Below, piece by piece: positions 18,187 to 25,923 of a stretch of 48,144 nt of DNA. Positions within the stretch are counted from its first letter, which is position 1, and each line of letters opens with the position of its first letter. Source of the stretch: Ignavibacteriales bacterium (lineage in GTDB: Bacteria; Bacteroidota; Ignavibacteria; Ignavibacteriales; Ignavibacteriaceae); contig WJMR01000378.1 of the NCBI GenBank assembly GCA_014727845.1, forward strand, positions 1 to 48,144, read 5' to 3'. The translations under genes were made by a program, and so were the position numbers. Under the pieces are notes generated by a model. The model was given only the letters and a program-made list of their open reading frames with translations. It was not told the origin of the DNA and did not search any database.

Positions 18187-19029
18187 TTATCCCTTCATAC
18201 CGCTGAAGGTGATGCCCCGTACGAAGTGCTTCTGCGCGATGACGAAGAAGATGATGATCGGGAGCAGCACGATTACCGCCGCCGCCATCTGGTGGGGCCA
18301 GTCGGTGGAGTACACGTTCGAGAAGTTGGCGATGCCGACCTCGACGGTGCGCATATTCGTCTGGTTGGTGACGATGAGGGGCCAGAGAAAATCCTTCCAC
18401 GCGTTCATAAAGCTGAAGATCGCCAGCGTGGCGAGCGCGGGTTTGGAGAGGGGGAGGATGATCGTCCAGAAGATGCGCAACTCCGAGGCGCCGTCGATGC
18501 GCGCGGCGTCCTCCAAATCCTTGGGGATGGTGAGGAAGAACTGCCTGAGCAGGAAGATGCCCCAGACGTTTGAGATCCAAGGACCGACGAGCCCAAGGTA
18601 GCTGTTCATCAATCCAAAGGTGTTGACGAGCAGGAACGCGGGGATGATCCACACGATCATCGGGATCATCATCGTCGAGATGTAAACGGCGAAGATTTTG
18701 TCCGAGCCGATGAATTTCACGCGCGCGAAGGCGTAGGCCGCCATCGAGCAGAAGAGGAGCTGCCCCGTAACCGCGACCGCCGAGATGATCGCCGAGTTGA
18801 GAAAGTAGCGCCCGAAGGGCTGCAGCGTCATCGCCTCGATAAAGTTCTCCCACCGCCATGTGTCGGGGATAAACTTCGGGGGGAAGTTGTACACCTCGAG
18901 CTCGGTCATCAGCGAGGTGCTGAGCATCCAGATGAACGGCATCAACATCGATAAGCCCAGCAGAATGAGCGCGATGTAAACGAGGACCGTTCCGAAGCGG
19001 CGGTACCAGGGTTTACGAGTAGTCGACAT
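18187..19029 (-). CDS. carbohydrate ABC transporter permease (MalG/CUT1-type)
   Basis: Six predicted TM segments. EAA-loop motif EDAARIDGASELRIFWTIILPLSKPAL. It overlaps the upstream permease gene by 17 nt (19013-19029). Confidence 0.85.
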   Translation of the reverse strand: MSTTRKPWYRRFGTVLVYIALILLGLSMLMPFIWMLSTSLMTELEVYNFPPKFIPDTWRWENFIEAMTLQPFGRYFLNSAIISAVAVTGQLLFCSMAAYAFARVKFIGSDKIFAVYISTMMIPMIVWIIPAFLLVNTFGLMNSYLGLVGPWISNVWGIFLLRQFFLTIPKDLEDAARIDGASELRIFWTIILPLSKPALATLAIFSFMNAWKDFLWPLIVTNQTNMRTVEVGIANFSNVYSTDWPHQMAAAVIVLLPIIIFFVIAQKHFVRGITFSGMKG

Positions 19030-21298
19030 TTTTACCCACGAGTTTAAATTGAATTCCGGTGAACACCAGCACGATGAAGAAGAGGAACCACGCCATCGCC
19101 GAGGCGTAACCCATACGCAGCTGATTCCATGCGGCGTCGTAGATGTGATAGACGAACACGTCGGTGGCGCCGACGGGACCGCCTTGCGTCATTACGTAGA
19201 TCGTCGTGAAAATCTGGAACGAGCTGATGACCGACGTGACGAGGATGAAGAACGTCGTCGGTTTCAGCAGCGGAAGCGTTACGCGCCAGAACTGCTTCCA
19301 CGGGCTCGCGCCGTCGATGCGGGCGACTTCGTAGAGCTCGTCGGGTATGCCTTGTAAGCCCGCGAGGAAGATGACCATTTGATAGCCGATTTGTAGCCAG
19401 ACGGTGAAGATGATGACGGACATCATCGCCGTGTCGGTCGAGTTCAACCAGTCGAGCTTGGGGAAGCCGAAGACGGTGAGCATGTAGTTCGCCAATCCGT
19501 ACTGCGGGTTGTAGATCCACATCCAGACGAGCGAGATGGCGACGAACGACGTGACGCTCGGGAGGAAGTAGAGCGTTCGCAAGAACCCGATGCCGCCGAG
19601 TCGCTTGTGCATCATCAACGCCACGGCGAGCGAAATGGTCATCGTAACGGGCACGTTCAAAAGGTAGAGGAACGTGTTGCCGATCGAGTTCCAGAACGTC
19701 GGGTCGTTGAACATCTCGATGTAGTTGTCGAATCCGACGAACGGCTTGTCGGGCACGACGATATCCCACCGATGGAAGCTGAGATACAACGAGAAGACCA
19801 TCGGCGTGATGAGGAAAAAGATCAGGTGGATCATCGAGGGGGCGAGGAAGACGAAGCCGAAGCGGGTCTTCGCGCGATCCCTACCCTTGGCGCGGCGGTA
19901 GAGGATAAACAGCAGAATCGCGACGACGACGGTGACGCCCAAAAGGAACTCGACGACCTCGGTGTGTTGTTCGATTTGCTTGAACTCGAACGAGGCGTTC
20001 TCGCGGATGTGTTCGAGCTTGTCGTCCACCTTCACGGCGTACTCGTCGAGCATGTCGTCGAGCGGCTTGTCGTTGAGGATCACCTCGTCGATCATATCCT
20101 GGAGGATCATCTCGATCTCGGTGAAACGCTCGATGCGGCTGCCCCACGGTTGGCGACAGTACTCGACTTCGTCGAGGAACTTCTGTTCCCAGCCGTATTT
20201 GTCGGTGCGCGCCATTTCGTGCGCCACTTCAATGTGCGCTGAAAGTTCGAGTCGGGATTGGGAGCGCACACGACTTGCGTATTCGCCCGTCATAAAGGCG
20301 GCGAGCATTACCGCTTCCTTCTTATGCGGCGCGATGACGGGAACGCAATAGCCCGATTCGTACATCACGTTCACCTTGCCGGAGTCGGGTCCGCGCGGGA
20401 AGCCGACGACGCCGAGATCGAGCACGCCGCTTTCCATATAGTCGAGCATACCGGGGATGCGCCAGTGCCCGTCCACGATCATCGCCATCTTGTTATTAAG
20501 GAAGAGCGCGCGGACGATGCCCGTCTTGCCCGATTGGGACCAGCTACCTACGTCGGGCGCGACGTCGTACTTCTTGCGAAGGTCGATGAGATATTGGAAC
20601 GTCTTACGATTTGTTTCGGTGTTAAGGTATCCGCTCGCCTTCTTTTCGTCCGGACCGATAACGTCTCCGCCCGCCGACCAAACCCACGGGATCCAATTGA
20701 AAAAGTAGTTGGTGAAGTTCGTGCCGTATTGATCGGTCTCGCCGTCGCCGTCGAGGTCTTTCGTGAGTCGTCTCGAGATGCGGAGGTAGTCGTCCCGCGT
20801 CCAATCGTTCGTCGGATAGGGAACGCCCTCTTTATCGAAGAGTTTTTTATTATAGTAAACCATCAACGGGGTGAAGCCCTTGGGGAACGAATAGAGGGCG
20901 TCGTCTTCTCGGGCGATGTCGGTTACGCGACTGAACCACTGGGTGGTGTCCACGCCGAGCGAATCGACGTAGGGGTTGAGGTCCAGCAGAACCTTCTTAT
21001 TATTGAAGGAGGGGATGGACTTCGAGTCGAGGAGGAAGACGTCGGGCGGTTCGCCGGCGGCGAGTCCCGTGAGGATCTTGTTTTCGTATTGCGCGTCGGG
21101 CGTCGGTTGGAAGACGACCTCGATGTGGGGGTGGCGGCGCATAAACTCGTCGACGATCTGTTGCGTTAGCGGCACCTCGTGGATGCCCGCCCAGTTGACG
21201 ACGGTGAGTTTGATCTTTTCGTCGCCGCCGTTATCCTGCGAGAAGAGGGTCGGCGCGAGGAGGAGCGCAAGCGCGAGAATCAAGCCGGTGCGTTTCAA
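19013..21298 (-). CDS. fusion of an extracellular sugar-binding protein (CUT1 SBP) with a MalF-type ABC permease
   Basis: The N-terminal ~450 aa look like a family-1 solute-binding protein (KLTVVNWAGIHE..., YPTNDWTRDDY, WSAGGDV). A TM anchor VVEFLLGVTVVVAILLFILY follows, then a permease with EAA motif EVARIDGASPWKQFWRVTLPLLKP. The start is uncertain: TTG 21298 gives a clean signal peptide (M)KRTGLILALALLLAPTLFSQ with GGGAAG upstream, while the track start 21370 is also a TTG. Confidence 0.75.
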   Translation of the reverse strand: MKRTGLILALALLLAPTLFSQDNGGDEKIKLTVVNWAGIHEVPLTQQIVDEFMRRHPHIEVVFQPTPDAQYENKILTGLAAGEPPDVFLLDSKSIPSFNNKKVLLDLNPYVDSLGVDTTQWFSRVTDIAREDDALYSFPKGFTPLMVYYNKKLFDKEGVPYPTNDWTRDDYLRISRRLTKDLDGDGETDQYGTNFTNYFFNWIPWVWSAGGDVIGPDEKKASGYLNTETNRKTFQYLIDLRKKYDVAPDVGSWSQSGKTGIVRALFLNNKMAMIVDGHWRIPGMLDYMESGVLDLGVVGFPRGPDSGKVNVMYESGYCVPVIAPHKKEAVMLAAFMTGEYASRVRSQSRLELSAHIEVAHEMARTDKYGWEQKFLDEVEYCRQPWGSRIERFTEIEMILQDMIDEVILNDKPLDDMLDEYAVKVDDKLEHIRENASFEFKQIEQHTEVVEFLLGVTVVVAILLFILYRRAKGRDRAKTRFGFVFLAPSMIHLIFFLITPMVFSLYLSFHRWDIVVPDKPFVGFDNYIEMFNDPTFWNSIGNTFLYLLNVPVTMTISLAVALMMHKRLGGIGFLRTLYFLPSVTSFVAISLVWMWIYNPQYGLANYMLTVFGFPKLDWLNSTDTAMMSVIIFTVWLQIGYQMVIFLAGLQGIPDELYEVARIDGASPWKQFWRVTLPLLKPTTFFILVTSVISSFQIFTTIYVMTQGGPVGATDVFVYHIYDAAWNQLRMGYASAMAWFLFFIVLVFTGIQFKLVGKNVDYS

Positions 21299-21535
21299 TG
21301 TCGTTCGCTTCCCTTCGGTGAGATAGCCCGTGAATTTCGATGGATGAAAAAATGGTGTTAACGCTAACAAACGAAATCAAAAAGTAACGGTTTATTAAAA
21401 GAAATGCAAAACTCCTTTGCCGATTTCGAGGACGCGCCGCACGCGTTCGCGCCGATTGTCGCGGCGGCGCGCGTCGCCCCCGTTTTCAGAACGAGCGAGA
21501 AAGTCGTAAATTACGGAAAACCAAAAGGAAGAACA

Positions 21536-22384
21536 ATGACGAAGACCCAAGACGACTACGCCTACGCTATCGGCGACGCGCCGTTTTCGCGCGAAGAGAT
21601 GATCGCCGCGCTCGACGAGTTCGCCGAGCTCTACGAAAAACGTCCGATAAAAGACAACCATGGCGGTATGCTCTCGCCGCACATGTTTCCGCTTTGGTTC
21701 GCGACGCGTCGGCTCAAACCGAAGGCGGTCGTCGAAAGCGGCGTCTTCAAGGGACAGAGCACGTGGCTCATCGAACAAGCCGCGCCCGAGGCGAAGATCT
21801 ACTGCATCGACCCCGAGCTCGATCGCGTCGAATACCGTTCCGAGCGCGCCATGTATTTGTCGGAGGATTTCTCGCGCCACGATTGGACCGATTTGCCCGC
21901 CGAGGATACGCTTCTCTTTTTCGACGACCATCAAAACGCGTACGACCGTTTGAAAGCCGCCGCATGGTTCGGTTTCAAAAAGATCATATTCGAGGACAAC
22001 TATCCGCTCGGGCAAGGCAACTGCTATTCGATTAAGCACGCTCTCTCCAAAGCGGACCCGCAATTCGCCGAACTCGCGAAGACGTTCAAACCCGAACACA
22101 ACGTCGCTTGGTGGAAGCGGCTCTTGGGATTAGACAAACACGTTCCATCCTACGAACCGACGGTCGAACCCGAAACAGACGCGAAGTACTTACGACGCAA
22201 CCTCGCCGTATATTACGAATTCCCGCCCGTCGTTAAGCTCGATCGGAATCGCTGGGGCGATCCTTGGAACGAATCCTACCCGACGCCCGCGCCGTTGTTG
22301 GAAGGAACGCCCGACGGGGCGCGTAAGATCTACGAAGAAGAGGCGGCGTCCTATACGTGGATGGCCTATATCGAGCTTCGTTAG
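21536..22384 (+). CDS. hypothetical protein, possibly a class-I methyltransferase fold (CmcI/TylF-like)
   Basis: ATG 21536 is preceded by AAGGAAG. The segment PHMFPLWFATRRLKPKAVVESGVFKGQSTWLIEQAAPEAKIYCIDP...LLFFDDHQNAY loosely resembles the CmcI/TylF Rossmann core (xxE-G-x-x-G-S...D). This is recognition-level only. Confidence 0.35.
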   Translation: MTKTQDDYAYAIGDAPFSREEMIAALDEFAELYEKRPIKDNHGGMLSPHMFPLWFATRRLKPKAVVESGVFKGQSTWLIEQAAPEAKIYCIDPELDRVEYRSERAMYLSEDFSRHDWTDLPAEDTLLFFDDHQNAYDRLKAAAWFGFKKIIFEDNYPLGQGNCYSIKHALSKADPQFAELAKTFKPEHNVAWWKRLLGLDKHVPSYEPTVEPETDAKYLRRNLAVYYEFPPVVKLDRNRWGDPWNESYPTPAPLLEGTPDGARKIYEEEAASYTWMAYIELR

Positions 22385-22725
22385 CGCCGGCAACGTCGGC
22401 AAAAATCCGGACGCGAAGGCGCGGTTGCACGTCGGTGTTTGTAGCATATCCAGCGACGAGACTGTCGGATATTCGATGATTCCGCGCTCTTGCGCCCGTT
22501 TTTGATTGCAAGCGCTTTAATATTAGCGTTCTTTTTTATACATTTCGACCAATCGGAGGATCCTACGGGGGGTCTCCCGAATAAGCCGCTCGAAAATAAT
22601 CTTTCTCCACCGCGAGCAGTAATCGACTAATAATTGATTAGGCGTTAATCATGACGCGCCGTTTTGACCCTTGTGGTCCAAGCGGCGATGGTCGTACATA
22701 TGGGGAATAGCTCGTAGGAAGGGAA

Positions 22726-23520
22726 ATGCGGTACAAATTCCAGCTCAAGCTTGCGGGGGAACCGCACATTGCGCACAACTATCACGCGTCGCTCGGCGAC
22801 GCCGTTTACAAACTGCTCCGCTTCGACGGGGACGAGTTCTTATCCGACGAGGTCGCGAAGCCGGCGCTTGCGGACGGCGAGCGATACGAATACTACTCAT
22901 ACGCGCTCCGCTTTAGCGAGGTGGCGCCGCAACGCGACGGGTTGAAGCTCAAGAAACCCTACGCCGCGCTCATCTTCAGCGCGCCGGGGGTGGAAGAATA
23001 CATCGCGGGGCTATCCGAACGACTTGAAGGCGAACGCCTCGAGATCTTCGCCGACGGCATCAGAACCGAGTTCGAGATCTCGAAGGTGGAGCCGATTCGA
23101 GATCCGCAGATTAAGCGGATCGACTCCTACACGCTCCTCTCGCCGATGGTCTTGGCGTTGCCGGAGGATCCGAACCAACGCTACTTGCGGCACAACGACG
23201 ATCCCGGGCTCATCAACGAGGCGTTCAACGAATCGCTTCGACGAAAATTTGAAATCGTTAACGGCGAGAAGTACGACGGCGATTCGGCGCGACTCTACTG
23301 GGACCAGAAATACATCTCGAAACGTCTGAAACGCGGCAAGAAGACGACGAAGAAAATCCGCATCTCGAGGAACGGTTCGGCGCCCGAGGAAATCGTCGCG
23401 CTCGAGATTCCGTTCACCGTCGAAGGCGACCCCGAGCTTATCAGAGCCGGTTACCTCGCGGGCTTCGGCGTGAAGAACAACCTCGGCTTCGGGTTGGCGG
23501 AAAAGAAACGATCTCGGTAA
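22726..23520 (+). CDS. cas6: CRISPR-associated endoribonuclease Cas6 homologue (stand-alone in this window)
   Basis: 264 aa, a typical Cas6 size. N-terminal MRYKFQLKL...HIAHNYHASLGDAVYKLL follows the Cas6 first-ferredoxin pattern (xNY...L...iY..L). The C-terminal glycine-rich loop GFGVKNNLGFG fits the Cas6 hallmark GhGxxxxxGhG exactly. RBS AGGAAGG lies upstream of ATG 22726. Confidence 0.75.
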   Translation: MRYKFQLKLAGEPHIAHNYHASLGDAVYKLLRFDGDEFLSDEVAKPALADGERYEYYSYALRFSEVAPQRDGLKLKKPYAALIFSAPGVEEYIAGLSERLEGERLEIFADGIRTEFEISKVEPIRDPQIKRIDSYTLLSPMVLALPEDPNQRYLRHNDDPGLINEAFNESLRRKFEIVNGEKYDGDSARLYWDQKYISKRLKRGKKTTKKIRISRNGSAPEEIVALEIPFTVEGDPELIRAGYLAGFGVKNNLGFGLAEKKRSR

Positions 23521-23528
23521 GCGGTAAT

Positions 23529-23561
23529 AAAAAAGCCGCGCTCAATCGCTCGAACGCGGCT
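23529..23561 (-). terminator. putative Rho-independent terminator of the minus-strand gene 23582-24667
   Basis: Stem AGCCGCG / CGCGGCT (23534-23540 / 23555-23561) with a 14-nt loop. On the minus strand it is followed by TTTTT(T)AT. The loop is long, so confidence is moderate. Confidence 0.5.
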
Positions 23562-23581
23562 CGGAAACGAAAGATAGAAAG

Positions 23582-24667
23582 TTACTTCTCGGGCGCGCTT
23601 CGGGCTATCACGTTCCCGCTCTCGTCAACCATCACGTAATCGACGTTGACCTCGGTCCCGTTGTCAACCATTCCAAACGTCGCCAACGCGAACGCCATCT
23701 CGACCGCGGAGTCGATGCCGTCCAACGTTTCGAGAGCGTCCACTTCGAGTGTCATATATTGCTTCTCGGCGGTTCCCTTCAGCGGCGTATCCTCGTCCAT
23801 CTCGTACTCGAACGCGAGATCGTCCTTCTTGATTTGCATCGCCAATTCCTTGAACGAGCCCTCGGCGCCGCCCATCGAAAACGCGAAATCGAACTTGAGA
23901 GGGACGGTTCCAAAGATCGCGGTCGTCGCCAACGCGGTGAGCGATTCGTTGGAAATCTTGCTCGGATCCTCGAGTTTCGAAATCTCGATATCGCCAAGAT
24001 ACACGTTCTCGAAACCGTGTACCTTCATCTTATTAAGCGCTAAAGCTTTCCGCTCGGCGGTTTCGTCGCCTTCGACGGTCTCCTTTTCTTGCGACGCGGC
24101 GGTTGCGGCAACGTTCTCTTCGGCTTCGGCGTTTTCGCCCGCTAATTGCTTGCCTTCGCCCGACTCGTCGTAGGTGGTGTAGAGCACCTCGCCGGAATTG
24201 TCCTTAATCTCGTAGTTGAACATATATTGCGTCGTCGATTCGTGCTCGCCGAGCGTTGCGATCTCCCACGCCAGATCGACCGCCGCGTCCATACCGTCGG
24301 CTACTTCCAGCGCGTCCATCTCGATTTGCATTACGTTCTCTCCCGGCGTCGCGTTGATTTGCTTCTCGTCGTCCATCTCGTAGAAAAACTCCGAGTCCTC
24401 GCTCTTAATCAGCAAATCCATCTTCGAGAAGGTACCCTGAAACTCCTCGTTTGTCTGAAAGGCGAGGTCGAACTTAAGCGGCACCGTTCCGAAGATCGCG
24501 CTTGTCGCCAGCGCCGTTAGATCGGACGTCGGGATGTCGCTCGGATTGCTAAGCGCGGAAATCGCGATGTCGCCCAGATACACATTCTTAAACGCGAAGT
24601 TCGTTAATTGCCCGTAGCTCGTCGCCGCGAACGCGACGACAATAACCGTTAGTAATAGCTTTCTCAT
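23582..24667 (-). CDS. secreted protein of unknown function built from two tandem ~140-aa repeats joined by an acidic linker
   Basis: Signal peptide MRKLLLTVIVVAFAATSYGQ. Repeat 1 (FKNVYLGDIAIS...LTALATSAIFGTVPLKFDLAF...EMDALEVADGMDAAVD) and repeat 2 (FENVYLGDIEIS...LTALATTAIFGTVPLKFDFAF...EVDALETLDGIDSAVE) are clearly homologous. I recognise no family. G+C is lower than in neighbouring genes: three sampled 60-nt lines gave 45, 50 and 58%. Confidence 0.6.
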   Translation of the reverse strand: MRKLLLTVIVVAFAATSYGQLTNFAFKNVYLGDIAISALSNPSDIPTSDLTALATSAIFGTVPLKFDLAFQTNEEFQGTFSKMDLLIKSEDSEFFYEMDDEKQINATPGENVMQIEMDALEVADGMDAAVDLAWEIATLGEHESTTQYMFNYEIKDNSGEVLYTTYDESGEGKQLAGENAEAEENVAATAASQEKETVEGDETAERKALALNKMKVHGFENVYLGDIEISKLEDPSKISNESLTALATTAIFGTVPLKFDFAFSMGGAEGSFKELAMQIKKDDLAFEYEMDEDTPLKGTAEKQYMTLEVDALETLDGIDSAVEMAFALATFGMVDNGTEVNVDYVMVDESGNVIARSAPEK

Positions 24668-24683
24668 AATTACGCCCTAACTT

Positions 24684-24730
24684 TTTGTGAAATGCCGTTT
24701 GTGAAATGCCGTGCCGTTTGTGAAATGCCG
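24684..24730. repeat. three direct copies of a 14-nt unit TTTGTGAAATGCCG immediately upstream of the minus-strand gene start
   Basis: Exact copies at 24684-24697, 24698-24711 and 24717-24730. Copies 2 and 3 are separated by TGCCG. The nearest copy ends 16 nt upstream of ATG 24667. Confidence 0.9.
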
Positions 24731-24989
24731 TGACTTGCCGCCGCGAATATAGTTACAAGCGCGCCGCCACACAATAGGGTATTGCACTATTTGAGATTTG
24801 TTGATAACTTGTTGTAACGGTGCATGTGCTTTGGGTCACATAGCTCTCAAGACCAATTCTATATATTATAATCTATGCGCTCGGCTTCTCCCGGAATGGA
24901 ATTGCCGACGCTAATTGAACGCCATCGTCTCCGAAGCGTTTGCGTTGGTATGGGCTCGGATTCGGAGCGACACAAGGAAGGGAACGGGT

Positions 24990-25817
24990 ATGGAAGGTAG
25001 AACGGGCGACCGCGGAGCGTCGCGCGAATGTTGCGATCCGATAATACGACACCTCGATAGATTCTGCGTCGCGGCGAGCGGCGCGGGCGCGGTGATGACC
25101 GATAGAATCGATTCCTCGGAGGAACGATTTCGACAAGCGGCGTCGTACGCCGGCTTCGTATGCGAAGAGTTCAAATCAACGATTGAACAAACCCGACGCG
25201 ATCCCGAAGAGATTTGGATGAGCTTTCAAGAAGGAGATCGCGTTCTTTCCTACACGAGCAAATCGTTTACCTATCTCGGCGAAGCGACGAGCTTCGTCTA
25301 TGAGGAGCGGATTTTCGCGGGTAGGCGCGCGCTGTGGGACGCCTATTACGCGGGCGAGGACGAGCTCGACGAAATAAGAGCCGGCGAACCCGTTTTTCTT
25401 CGCCGCCGCGAGACGCTCGAATCGCTCGAACGACTTTCGCCGTATCACACGCTCTACGCGCTTCGCACGCCAATCGAAACGGCGTACTGCACGCGCGAAC
25501 GACTTCGTCACATCCTTCACGAGCATGACTACGCCCGCGATCGACTCGAGCGCCTACTCGACGCGCTCGACGCGCCCGAGGAGATTTTCGAGACGGTCGA
25601 GGGACATAATCGCCATCACTTCTATATCGGCGCCACCGACGAGGGCGCGCACATCGTCGCCGTTCGGTCGCGCGAGACGGACGGAGACGTGGTGGACGCG
25701 TTTCCGCTCGACGGATGTCGGGAGATCGAGCAGTTCCGAACGGGCGAGCGTATCTATTCGCTCAAAGCGCGGCGCGACAAATCGCCTCGATTGAGAATAA
25801 TGACGGGCTTGCTTTAG
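24990..25817 (+). CDS. hypothetical protein; the C-terminal region has a weak RelE/barnase-EndoU-colicin-like (BECR) toxin-domain flavour
   Basis: Long ORF with coding-like composition. ATG 24990 is preceded by AAGGAAGGGA; alternative starts are ATG 25095 (MTDRIDSSEERF) and the track TTG 24915. C-terminal pattern: RHILHEHDYARDRLERLLDALDAPEEIFE...HHFYIGATDEGAHIVAVRSRETDGDVVDAFPLD. No family is confidently recognised. Confidence 0.5.
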   Translation: MEGRTGDRGASRECCDPIIRHLDRFCVAASGAGAVMTDRIDSSEERFRQAASYAGFVCEEFKSTIEQTRRDPEEIWMSFQEGDRVLSYTSKSFTYLGEATSFVYEERIFAGRRALWDAYYAGEDELDEIRAGEPVFLRRRETLESLERLSPYHTLYALRTPIETAYCTRERLRHILHEHDYARDRLERLLDALDAPEEIFETVEGHNRHHFYIGATDEGAHIVAVRSRETDGDVVDAFPLDGCREIEQFRTGERIYSLKARRDKSPRLRIMTGLL

Positions 25818-25892
25818 CGAGAGGAAGTTAGTCGTCGTTTTCGCGATCACGGAGCGCGATCAATTCGGCGTCGGATATCTCCGAAGGCGGGC

Positions 25893-25923
25893 AAAAAAAA
25901 GGTCTCGCGTGGAGACCTTTTTT
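25893..25923. terminator. bidirectional Rho-independent terminator between ORF 24990-25817 (+) and tRNA-Ser (-)
   Basis: A8 run, stem GGTCTC / GAGACC (25901-25906 / 25912-25917), 5-nt loop, then a T6 run. It reads as hairpin plus U-tract on both strands. Confidence 0.65.

Noticed and set aside
22468-22486. Possible att-type partial copy of the tRNA-Ser 3' end (GGATATTCGATGATTCCGCG versus tRNA GGGATTCGAACCCGCG at about 25951-25966) that would delimit an integrated island.
   Set aside because: The similarity is limited to two short blocks (ATTCGA, CCGCG) with indels. No integrase or recombinase gene lies in the interval. This is too weak to call by eye, so it is kept only as a caveat in the islet finding.
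22510-22537. Weak hairpin (CGCT-TTAATATT-AGCG, extendable by G:U and A:T pairs) followed by CTTTTTT, considered as the terminator of gene 21536-22384.
   Set aside because: The stem has only 4-6 bp, including a wobble pair, and lies 130 nt past the stop codon. It is too weak to annotate as a feature.
22651-22710. Short 19-codon ORF (MTRRFDPCGPSGDGRTYGE) and the 81-aa ORF 22671-22916 just upstream of or overlapping cas6, considered as a leader peptide or small partner protein.
   Set aside because: There is no RBS and no recognisable features. The 81-aa ORF is out of frame inside cas6 and Arg-rich. The evidence is not enough to call either.
24684-24730. Possible mini CRISPR array near the cas6 homologue.
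   Set aside because: The repeat unit is only 14 nt. Copies are contiguous or separated by 5 nt, so there are no spacer-sized unique segments, and there are only three copies. This does not fit CRISPR architecture. No other 25-40-nt repeat series was seen on either strand.
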